NCBI GenBank assembly: GCA_963575745.1
Contig: CAUYUJ010000036.1
Coordinates: 1 to 64,000 of the forward strand
Reading direction: 5' to 3'
DNA length: 64,000 nt
Origin: Prorocentrum cordatum
Lineage: Eukaryota
Under the pieces are notes generated by a model. That model saw only the letters and a program-made list of their open reading frames with translations, ran no database searches and was not told the origin of the DNA. Shown here piece by piece: positions 1-10,800 of the stretch; position 1 is the stretch's first letter; each line of letters starts with the position of its first letter. Both the position numbers and the translations under genes were made by a program.

Positions 1-2796
1 GGAGAGCGAGAGGAATGCGGGGAGGCCAGAGGGAGAGGACGGTGGGGGGGGGCGTGACGGCGAGGGGAGAAACGGAGGGGAGGGACGTCGAGGCTGAAAC
101 CGAGGGGCGGCGGAGTGGCAAGGCCGACGGAGTAAGAAGGATCCGCTCTCCAAAGCGCCAGGTACGCGCAGGATCACCTCACGAGTATCAGGCTGAGCAC
201 AATGAACAATCAAAAAACAACCTCATGGGCTCGACATATCGGTTTAGGAAAGGCGAAAGGATCATCACGATAAGCCACCGATAACTATATATATATATGT
301 CCCAGTCGTGCGCAATGAACTACACGGTTCCGATATTGAAGCGTTTGCCAACTATCGCACACATCATGACGAACATGCATTTCTTTGCTGAGTTCTCGAC
401 GTGGAATTGTCCCCGTCCTTCATGATTATGAGAAGCTCGTCGAACAATATCATGGAGCGCCTCGGGTTCTCCGTCTGTCTGCTGCAGCTCCTGTTGCACT
501 GTCTCCCAAGCATCGTGAATGTGCTCGCGCTCGGGATCCAGTCCAAAACTCTCCTGGTGCGCACCCTCGTGGGCGTCTACCCCCACAGGGGACCGTCCTG
601 AAGTGCCACGAAAACTGGCAAGGCACTCTTCTTGTCCACTTGGCTTGATACGAGCTTGATGGGAGCTGGAAGAAAGGAGAGTGAGGACGAGGACGAGGAG
701 AACAGGGGATCAACCAGGAGGGAGGAGGGAGAAGGAGGGTGGGGACGATGGAGGGAAGGAGGGAGATTGGAAGAAGAGGGGGTAAGTCGTGGTCTCCAGG
801 AGTCAGTCGCTGGAAGCCTCTTCTCCCAAAGCTCCAGTGCGTGTCCTCCGCCTGCGGGTCCGTCTGGACCGCACCTCCGTGCAGGGCCTGCGCCGAGTGG
901 CGCTCCCCGAGGCCCGTGGCGGCGGCCCGGTCTTCCTTCGACTCGAGCTCCCCACCCATCGTTCTGACGACACATTGCGATTCTGCTCAAGACATGCTGG
1001 GGCATTCTGTCAGGTCGTACTGGTGCCACGCGCTGCCATCGCTGGACGGCTAGACCTGCGATCCGAGGCGCAGGGTCTTCCGGACCTGCTGCCCATGGGG
1101 ACCTGCTGTCGCTGAAGACTTCCTCCGGCAGGGCCACCTTTGCTGGCGTCCCTTCCTCGGCTGTCTCTGCCTGCCGCTGCCTGCGGACTACGAGTCTTCA
1201 ACAGCCAAATGCCCACAGAAGGCCAAAACTGGAAACCTGATGGGCTGCATGCGAAATGTGTTGGTTGTTGTTCGAACTCGTCGTCTTCTCTAAGGGCTCC
1301 AATCATTTGCTGTCTTGCTGTCTTGCTGTGAACATCGTCCAACTTACCGTGTATTGAACATGCGTCCCAGCTGCAGAGGGAACGGGGGGATGACCTCCGC
1401 AATGATACGTAAGCTGTTGGTTTATGCTATTCGGGCGTGAGCGCGGCGAATTCTTACTCTTCTTTCAGCGCTCGCAGAGGTCACACAGAGAGGCAGCACA
1501 CTGCTGAGATTCATGGCCACCTTACGTGGCGGGCAGGGTAAGCAAGCACGGGTACTGGATGCATGGCCTCCTCTCCTCCTAGCCTCAAGAAAGACTGCAA
1601 GCCCTGAGGTCCTTAGGGGGGAAGCGGGTAACCCCCCTGGCGGGTCGATGGCCTCTCGGTCCGTCCCGTGGCGACCCAAGAGAACCCGGAGGAAAACGAG
1701 GGGGGGGGGGAGCTCTCACCCCCCTGACGGGTCGATGGCCTCTCGGTCCGTCCCGTGGCGACCTAACAGAACCAGGAGGAGGACGAGGAGGAGGAGGAGA
1801 AGGAGGAGGGGGAGGGAGGAGGAGTAAGCAGGAGGGGAGGGAGGACTGAGTCAGGCTAGGGAGGAGTGCGAGTGGAGTGGGCGAATTAGGGAGAGCGAGG
1901 AGGAGTACGCAAAGGAGGAGGAGGTGAGACGGACGACGGGGTGAGACGGACGATGAGGATAGGAGATGAGGAGAGGATAGGAGATGAGGGAGGAGGCGAT
2001 GGAAAATGGGTGGAAAAGGGAGGAGGGATTCGATTCAGAATGCATCACGAGTTAGAGGCAGGAGGAGGAGTAGGAGGAGGAGGAGGGGCGGAGGTAAGGC
2101 GGGGGGAAACGGAGGAGGGGAGAATGGAGGAGTAAGAAGAAGGATACTATATATCAAAGACAACGACAAAAGCAAGAGGAGGAGAAGAGGATGAGGAGGT
2201 GGAGGCGGAGAAGGATGATGATGCATGCTGATGATGATTCTGCTGCTGCTGATGATGATGATGATGATAGATGATGGTGATGACGATGATGATGATGCTG
2301 CTGCTGATGATGATGCTGATGCTGATGCGATGCTGATAGATGATGCTTGCTTGCTGTCTGCTTGATGATGATGCTGATGATGATGGCTTGATGATGGATG
2401 ATGATGATGATGCATGATCTGAGATGATGTTATGATGATGATGTGATGATGATTGATGATGATGAGATGAGAAGAAGGAGGAGAAAAAGCAGGAGGTGGT
2501 GAAGAGGGAGCAGGGAGGAGAGAGACCCGGGGGAAGAGGAGGACGATGGAATGACGATGATGAGATTCTGAGAGGATGAGGATGAGGATGAGGAGGGAGG
2601 AGATAGTGATGAGGAGGGATGAAGAGGAGGAGAAGGAATGGAGGAGGAGCACAGGTAGGAGAGAGAGGAGGAGAACGAGGAGGAGAGGAGGAGGAGGTAG
2701 TAGGATGCTGAGGGATGGTAGGAGGAGGAGGAGGAGGCGTGGCCTCCGCGATGGGGCGGCAGGCTCAGCGGAAGGCTCCGCAAGGCGGCGCCCCGC

Positions 2797-2865
2797 CTCG
2801 AAGACGGGAAGCGCGATGTTCTTCATGGCCTCCGTGTACTCGACCCGCGGCACCTGCCTGATAAC
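2797..2865 (-). CDS. Exon of alveolin/IMC-like (VEVP-repeat) host gene: VIRQVPRVEYTEAMKNIALPVFE
   Basis: Acceptor ccagag|G and donor GAG|gc; 69 nt, phase 0; continues the 7624-7550 exon in frame (..LREE|VIRQVPRVEY..); V/E/P/R-rich alveolin-like pattern. Confidence 0.8.
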
Positions 2866-3319
2866 CTCTGGCCGGCGGCGGCGAGGGGAGGAGGGAGGAA
2901 AAGGAGGTGGTGGTGGTGGAGGTGGCGGTTTAGGTGGAGAGGAGGAGGAAGGAGGCGGAGGAGGAGGATGAGGGAGGAGGAGGAGTGAGGAGGAGAATGA
3001 AGAGGAGAAGGAGTAGGAGCAGCAGCGCAGGAGGGCGCAAGAGGTGGAAGGTTTGAGGAGGAGACTGTGGTGAGGAGGGGAAGAAGAGGAGGAGGAGGAG
3101 GTGGAGGAGTAGGAGGAGGACCCGCGGCACCTGCCTGCTGACCTCCTCCTCTTCCTCCTTCTCCTCCTCCTCCTCCTCCTTCTCCTTGCTCCCCTCTCCC
3201 CTCCTCCTACTCCTGCTCCTGCTCCTGCTCCTGTTCCTGCTCCTGCTCCTGCTCCTGCTCCTCCTCCTCCTCCTCCTCCTTCTCCTCCTCCTCCTCCGTC
3301 GCGGAACCCTCGCGGGCAT

Positions 3320-3690
3320 AGCATATTAGACCTGCAGGCGTCGGCAAGGTAGTCCCCTCTCGCCTCCACCTCATCCGCTGCGTGAGATTCCACCCCACCC
3401 ACTCCTTGAATCTAAGGCCAGGCGGGCAGCAAAGCGTGCGAATGTGTGTATGTTTCAAAAAGGAAGCACATAACAAAAAAACAAGATAGGCAAAGTGCGG
3501 ACTTGCGAAACACCTTCTGTGTGAACTGGTTGGGCCTGGAACGGCCCAGTGTGGCAGTGTCATGCCCACATGTCTGAATTGCTGCCCTAATCTAGAACGG
3601 GCGAAAACCAACTCAACGATGCTTTGCTAATGGTGCGGGCTGCGTCTAGGTATGACTGGCTCGGAGTGCGACTCAGGCTCAGTTTCCCTC
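3320..3690 (+). pseudogene. Decayed non-LTR reverse transcriptase fragment
   Basis: Ordered RT-like motifs with frameshifts: (GV)RQGSPLSP at ~3342-3365, NLERAKT, and RYDWLGVRL at ~3648-3674 (YxYLG-like). Confidence 0.55.
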
Positions 3691-4049
3691 GACTCCAACA
3701 CCTGCCCCTGATATGTACACCTCACCTCCTCCACCCATCCCTACCCTACAGTCGAGACGGCTTGATGTGACTGCTGCTGAGCAGACCAAGTAGGTTAGGA
3801 AATGTGCTGCACCAGAGCGTGCTTCGATGGACCGTGCCGGCTGAGAAACTCATGGCCGGCACATCTGTCTGGCTCGCCACATGGCCGGCAAACTGGGCTC
3901 CTCATCCTCCTCCTTCTGATCCTCCTCTTCCTCCTCCTCCTCCTCCCGCATCCTCCTCCCGCCCTCCTCCTTCTCCTCCCCCTCCTCCCTCTCCTCTTCG
4001 TCTTCCTCCTCCTCCTCCTCCTCCTCCTCCACTCCTTTCTTTTATGAAT

Positions 4050-5070
4050 AACTCCCCCCTCTGTCGCACCCCGAGACGTGTCGGTAGGTCGGACGGATGG
4101 AGGGCCAGATATTTTCAACATGTCGATCTCGCCCTAGCGCCGCGCACATTCGCAAGATCTTTACGGATGGAGGGCGGGTCATCTTCAAAATGTGGTTTTC
4201 GCCTTAGCGCCGCGCGCGCTTGCGTTTCAAAAGTGTGCAAGAGCTTCACGGATGGAGGGCAGGCCGTTTTCAAACTGTGGCTCTCGACTCAGCGCCGCGC
4301 GCATTCGTCTGAAAAGTGTGCAAGAGCGTCACGGGTAGAGGGCGGCTCGTTTTCAAAACGTGGCTCTCGACGCATGGCCGAGCGCGCATTCGCCTCAAAA
4401 GTGTGCAAGAGCTTCACGGATGGAGGGCAGGCCGTTTTCAAACTGTGGCTCTCGACTCAGCGCCGCGCGCATTCGTCTGAAAAGTGTGCAAGAGCGTCAC
4501 GGGTAGAGGGCGGCTCGTTTTCAAAACGTGGCTCTCGACGTATGGCCGAGCGCGCATTCGCCTCAAAAGTGTGCAAGAGCTTCACGGATGGAGGTCAGGC
4601 CGTTTTCAAACTGTGGCTCTCGACTCAGCGCCGCGCGCATTCGTCTGAAACGTGTGCAAGAGCGTCACGGGTAGAGGGCGGCTCGTTTTCAAAACGTGGC
4701 TCTCGACGTATGGCCGAGCGCATTCGCCTGAACAGTTTGCAAGAGGTTCACGAATGGAGGGCGGGTCGTTTTCAAAATGTGGCTCTGGCCATAGCGCAGC
4801 GAACGCCGCGCACATTCGTTTTAAGAGTCCTGCAAGAGTTTCACACATGGAGGGCGGGCGATTCACAAGATGTGATTCTCGCTTTAGCGCCGCGCACATT
4901 CGTCTTGAACAACTGCGAGAGTTTAACAGATTCTTATGGTTGACGTTCCAGACATGCTGTTCTGGCACATGGCATTCTGGCGCGATGCAGGACCGGCAGG
5001 ACGCAACTGTAAAGTTGATTCGCGGCGTTGAAGTCCGGGGAGTGGTGTTTTCGGTACGATTGTTCCCACG
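4050..5070 (+). mobile_element. (CCT)n-flanked composite non-autonomous element, copy 1 (expanded internal repeat, 3' end missing)
   Basis: Starts with CTGTCGCACCCC as in four other copies; contains ~84-bp TTTTCAAAA repeats followed by the second shared repeat block. Confidence 0.7.
4229..4740. repeat. 168-bp higher-order tandem repeat (dimer of ~84-bp monomers), three near-identical copies
   Basis: gagcttcacg recurs at 4241, 4409 and 4577. Confidence 0.9.
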
Positions 5071-5129
5071 GCTGTCTTCTGGCGGGGCACTTCCAGCAGT
5101 GACAAGAAAGTCTGGTAGGGACCCACAAA

Positions 5130-5315
5130 CCCAGACCCCCGACGTAATGATTTCTTCATTACGTCGACCCCCAGAGGTCCCGACCCCTTCCCCAGGACCA
5201 GTTTGTCATCCTGAGTCGTTTTCTGACGCGCCCGAGGCCCGGTGAGGGCCCCCAGAGGCCGAAAATGGCGAAAAACCTCCCGTCGTGATTTTTTCATTAC
5301 TCGAGGGGGTCTGGG
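5130..5315. mobile_element. CCCAGA..TCTGGG MITE (CMC/EnSpm-like), TSD AA
   Basis: Termini cccagacccc / ggggtctggg; shared family core GAGTCGTTTT..CCCGAGGCCCGG; aa on both flanks. Confidence 0.8.
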
Positions 5316-5492
5316 AAGGGGGTATGTCCTTGGAGGCAGGGTTGTTTGCCCGGCGAGGGCCCCTGGAGGCCGAACACGGCCAGACACCGGCCGCCGGAAC
5401 TCCGGGGTGTGGCTCCCGCCCCGTATCCTGACCCCCGGTTGGTGCCTCGTGCTTGGCTGTGGTGGGCCAAGGCGGGAGGCGACGACGACGAC

Positions 5493-5589
<97 letters not shown>

Positions 5590-5649
5590 CGACGGGGCGT
5601 CGGATTCTCTGGGCTGGGGTCGCCACCGCGTCGGCACGACACGAGCCCA

Positions 5650-5912
5650 CCCTGACTCCGGATCCGCCCTACTTGTGGGGAAATTCGCAAGCAGGGCTTG
5701 GCATGTCCGCCGTTCTTTTCACTAGCCCCGCGGATGCCAATGTCCGCCCTACTTTTCTGTGGCTGTTTCCGCCCTGCTTCCGTGGACTTCCGCCCTGGTT
5801 TATGCTGGGTGCAGACATTTCCGCCCCACTTTTTCGGCTTCTCATGGGTGGATTTCCGACGCAATTGCAAGTAGGAAACAAAAGCCAAAGTAGGGCGGAT
5901 CTGGAGTCAGGG
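5650..5912. mobile_element. CCCTGACTCC TIR element (second CCC..GGG family)
   Basis: ~25-bp TIR ccctgactccggatccgccctactt / aagtagggcggatctggagtcaggg; relatives at 54603 and 58085. Confidence 0.8.
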
Positions 5913-5926
5913 GACGGCGACGACGA

Positions 5927-5973
<47 letters not shown>

Positions 5974-6144
5974 GCGCGACGGGGCGTCGGATCTCTGGGC
6001 TGGGGTCGCCACCGCGCCGACACGACGCGAGCCCACCGCCACCCCCAGGAGCTCGGCCCAGCTGCTCACTGAATACAACAAGCCGCCTGCCCAACAGCGG
6101 CCGCTGTCGGTTTCGGACGGCACTTGTTGCTGGGCGTTGCCCAT

Positions 6145-6318
6145 CCTAGAGATCCGATTTCGTGATGGTTTGAATGCGGGGTCTCGACCCATTCCCCAAG
6201 ACCGGCTTCTCCTCCTGCGTCGTTTCTCCACGGCCCCGAGGCCCGGCGAGGGCCCCCAGGGGCCGAAATTTGCGACAATTTTTTGTTATGATTTTTGTCA
6301 ATACGTTGGATCTCTGGG
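6145..6318. mobile_element. CCCAGA..TCTGGG MITE
   Basis: Termini cctagagatcc / ggatctctggg with family core; TSD imperfect. Confidence 0.7.
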
Positions 6319-6608
6319 AATCCTGGCCTCCGAACGTCGGGTTCTTGACGCCCTCGGTCCCGCTCGGACCTCTGGAGGCCTGCACCAAGCCCACGGGGGA
6401 CCTCCGCAGGGACCTCCGCGGAGAGCTCTCGGGAGACCTCCTGGGGTTGGGACGCAGATGGCACGCCACAGGGACCAGGCGATCGCAAACATGGAGCAAA
6501 AGGGGGCGTGGAGTGGCGACGGGCGACGAGATTTGCGAAAAACCTCCGCCCCGATTTGTTTGTTTTCCATGCGTTGGACCTCACTTCGACCCTCGGCAAG
6601 GAGGCCCC

Positions 6609-6802
6609 CCCAGACATGCGGCGTCCTGATTTTTTCAGGACGGTGCCCCTGGAAGTCCCAACCCCTTCCCTGGGGCCGGGTCTTCATCCCGAGTCGTTTT
6701 TTCTGACGCTCCCGAGGCCCGGCGAGGGCCCCCCAGGGCCGAAAATGGCCAAAAAATGGCCCCCCCCGTCCTGCTTTTTTCTACGACGCCATCACGTCTG
6801 GG
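6609..6802. mobile_element. CCCAGA..TCTGGG MITE, TSD CC
   Basis: Termini cccagac / gtctggg with family core. Confidence 0.75.
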
Positions 6803-7124
6803 CCTGCATCCGTACGCCTGCTCGGGCCGTCGTCTAGCCCCCTACTCGGCGAGGAGGCCCCTGCCCCCGCCGCCCCCCGCCGGGCTGCCGCCGCCGGCCC
6901 CCCGCTCGCCCTCCCCGCCCGCCGGCCCTCCGCGGGCCCCCCCCGTCCGCCGGGCCCCCGGGGGGCCGGGGGAGGGCCCTCGCCGAGAGAGGCGGCCGCC
7001 GTCCCGCGGCGCGCCAGCTGCGCTCGGCCCTCCCGGGGTGGAGCCGGGATCTCTCGCCTGTCTTCTGCGTGGCATCCTCTCGCGTGCTTTGTCGTTCGCT
7101 CTCTTTCTCTCTGTTTGCTTATTT

Positions 7125-7178
7125 TTTCTCTCTCTCTCTCTCTCTCTCCCTCTCTCTCTCTCGCGCGCTCTCTCTCTC

Positions 7179-7239
<61 letters not shown>

Positions 7240-7408
7240 GTTTTTTGATAGATATATATATATATATACACATATATATATATATACATACACATATATA
7301 TAGATTGTTGTTGTGTGTTTTTTTTTGTTATCTCTCTCTCTCTCTCTCCCCCTCTCACACTGCCTCCCTCCCTCCCTCTCTCCCTCTCTCTCTTAGTCTG
7401 TCTCTCTC

Positions 7409-7447
<39 letters not shown>

Positions 7448-7460
7448 TTCTCTCCCTCTG
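7125..7460. repeat. (CT)n and (TA)n dinucleotide microsatellites
   Basis: Direct observation. Confidence 0.95.
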
Positions 7461-7549
7461 TCTCCCCCCGTCTCTGCTGGAACATGCGCACACACGTGCA
7501 AATGCCTGCGCATGTTGCCTCTGCAGCGGCACCCGGAACGGCGACCGGC

Positions 7550-7624
7550 CTCCTCCCTGAGGATCTCGGGGACCTCCACGATCCTCTCGTGGTAGCACAC
7601 CTGGGGCACCTCCTCGAGCATCTC
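7550..7624 (-). CDS. Exon of alveolin/IMC-like host gene: EMLEEVPQVCYHERIVEVPEILREE
   Basis: Acceptor gcgcag|G and donor GAG|gc; 75 nt, phase 0; EVPQV/ERIVEVP motifs typical of alveolin/articulin repeats; GC3-rich codons. Confidence 0.85.
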
Positions 7625-7867
7625 CTGCGCCAGCCCTACAAGAGGAGGAGGAGGAGGAGGAGGAGGAGGAGGAGGAGGAGGAGGAGGAGGAGGAGGAGGA
7701 GGAGGAGGAGGAGGAGGAGGAGGAGGAGAGGGAGGAGGAGGAGAGAGGGACCCAAACAAGAAGGAACGTCAACGGTACGGCGACGGGCGGCCTACACGAC
7801 ACGGAGGAACGGATCCGACACGCCAAAAAGGCGGCAAAACTCGAATCCGACCCGCGCCGAGCAGGGC

Positions 7868-10800
7868 TTACGAGCCCGAAGACGACTGCCAAAACTTGGC
7901 CTGCAAACGGGCCACGAGCGCATCCATTCGAGGATTCCGAATGATGGCAGCAGTGACGGAGGAGGAGGAGGAGACGTCCGCCCACCCAGCCGTCCCACCC
8001 ACCAACCGCCGAATGAGGTCGGACTCGAGAGGGGTCGGCGCCTGGAGGGTCTCCTCACGCCGACGCGAGTGCGGGTGAAGCCCAGCCTCCAGGCGCCGTC
8101 GATCATACGCCCGCTGGGGCGTCAAGGCAGGGCGACAAGTCTTGAAGAGGGCGCCACTCGACCTCTCCTCTGCATAGGCCCCGCATTTACAGCAATACAC
8201 TAGGACCTGATCGCGTGCCGTCCAGCACGCCCTCAGGACGTGGCCGCCCACCCCTTCACACTCACGCAACTTTACAAGGAGCGGAGGGGGGCCTGGGCAC
8301 TGATTGAGGGGTCGCTCGTCCTGCTCAGGGCAAGCCCCAAGGCACCGAGCACAACGCAACTTCCAACTCCCCACACGACACCACTCGTGCCACGACACAA
8401 CACGCGTTATGCTCGGCACCTTGATCTTCTTAAAGGATGGGAGCGGGAAAGCGGGAAGGACCGCCGCCGCCACACGAATGGCGGCGCGGAGGCGTTTGAC
8501 CATAAGCCCATGCAACTCCGAGGTGGCGGGAGGGGCACGGGGGTGGAGGGAAAGGGCATCCTTGGCTAACAAATCGGCCATCTGGTTGCCACGCGCGATC
8601 CTTTCCTCATCAGGTGGGAGCGCGGAGATGACTTCTTCAGAGCGATGGGCACGGGTATGACTAACGTGCCCGATGTGTGCGTGCCCTGGATGCTGGAGCG
8701 CACCACGGCGCAGACCAGCAAAAACTTGGGAACCGTTAAGCTGGGCGGGGGCAGGCTTTTGAGTCAAGCGCACAGCGCCCAAACAATCGGAAAACGGCCT
8801 CGTGGTCCCTGGGCCCCGTTGGAAGATGGAAAGCATAGCTAGGGCAAGGTGTTCGGCGGACGGCGCCGTCTGGGGTAAGGACTCCCAAACCACACCCTGC
8901 ATCCTACATCGGACTTCGCACTGCTCAGAATTCTCCAGAAAGACCGCGGCATAAGCCGCTCGATTGAGACGGGCGAATTCAGTTCGAGTTGCACTGCCGT
9001 CAACACAAACATCACATCCCGCGCTGAGCTCCTGGAAGGTCTCCTGGGACACAGGGTTGCCCTGGGCATCCTGGAAGACAGGGAACAACTCAGAGGAGGG
9101 AGGAGGGAACTCGTCGGGGCGAGGTTGGAACACCAGGAGCCTGGACCACAGGAGATCTCCGGGCTCCTCGCGCGCATCAGCTGCAATCTCTGCCGACGTC
9201 GCCTCATCCCTAGCGGCGGCCACAGCAGGGCAGCACCAGAGACGATGATGAATTGAATCTGGCTGGGAGCACAAGGGGCATAGACCTGTTGATTCAAAGC
9301 CATGCTGCACAAGGCGGTCCTCGGTCCACATGCCCCCAGCAAAGACGGAGGCTACAACATGCTTTTGCAGCGCCGAGAATTTCTTAGAACGGACAGCTTG
9401 GACAATCAAATCTGCGGCAACCTCCTGCCCCTGCCCCTGCGTTAGAGTGGCAGCAAAGCAACGGCCATGATGGCGAAGAATACTAGCATGCAACTGCTTG
9501 GCAAGCAAGGCAGGAGAGGTGAAAAACAAATCATGCTCTATCTGGTTGTCATCGAAGAAGGTCTTAAAGTTGGTGAACTTCCATCCTAGGCGATGCAAAC
9601 ACAACATGGCACGGTGAATGGGGCCTGCACTCTTATTCCACTGCGACTGCTGCAAGACTGGAGACTTCGCGGCTACAGCATCCCACGTCTTCTGCAAGAA
9701 CCTCCACGAGAGCACAACACGATCAGGATGCACAATTGAGTTCCATACTGCCTTGGAATATTGAATGACGGGCGCCACTGCTACCTTCCACGCTGGGTCA
9801 TCATACAGGAGCATACGAGCGGGTAGCGAGCCTCCTCGGAACGGGACGAGGGCACGTCGTAAAACCAACAACTCTCTCTCCGTCATGCCAGTGACGAGGG
9901 AGCCGTACGTAGTCGCAGGGCGCACTCCAGATATATATATCTTGTGAAGTCTGGCCTTGCCAACAGAGAGCCGTCGTCGTAGCGAACGCAGGAAGCCAAC
10001 ACGTCTCTTCATAGCTCGAAACCGTTTCTTCATCCGACACGTAGCGCCAGGCGCAGCACGAGGACGAGCAGGAGCAAAGTCAGCACCGAGCGCAGTGGCA
10101 GAGGTCGTAGCAGCCGCTGAGCGAGCACCGATACGAGCAAGCCGTCGATCGAGGTCACGAACGACATCATGGGAAGACCCAAAGACCACCGCCTTGTCGT
10201 GGGCGAGGCCAACCTGGAGCTCCTCCCTATAAACGGTGACGAGGTCCTGGGCGGCCTCCACGAGGGCTGGTACGAGGTCTTGTCGGGGGCCCGTCATGGA
10301 AACGCAGTCGTCATCAACGTACACGCCGAGGTCCAAGCGGGGGTGCCGCGCCACGAAACCATCTAGGGCCCCGAGGAGGTAGATCTGCACGAAGGCGTCA
10401 TTGAACACGTCGCCAGCTGGCAACCCAGAGCGGGCAAACTGCACAAGAGGACAGTGATGGGCTCCCAGTCGAACCAGGCGGGGCCCCCTCCAGAAGTTGA
10501 ACAGGACCTTGACTAGGGGCCGCGGGAGCCCGCACGCCAGCGCACGATCACGCAGGAGCTCCAAGTTAAACGACTCATAGAACTTGAGGCCATCCCACAG
10601 AAACCCCGCCGTCTCTTGGTCGATAGCCTGGCCACGTTCAGCGCGGACCGCCGCAAGCCACACTGCCTCCTCAGCTCCCCTGCCTTTTCCAAAGGACCAG
10701 TACTTGCGGGAGGACGCTTCCAGGAAGGGCTCCACAAGAGGGCGGCGTGCCTTTTCCCACACTCGCACAAAGGACGCGACGAGCAAAATTGGGCGGTAGC

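Noticed and set aside
300..1620. Possible further host exon or old LINE 3' fragment (IAEVIPPFP; ALHGGAVQTDPQAE)
   Set aside because: The similarity is too weak and no convincing in-frame continuation of the alveolin-like peptide was found.
3804..4943. 379-aa ORF with 56-aa repeats
   Set aside because: It is a product of the 168-bp DNA repeat; frames are not conserved in other copies of the element.
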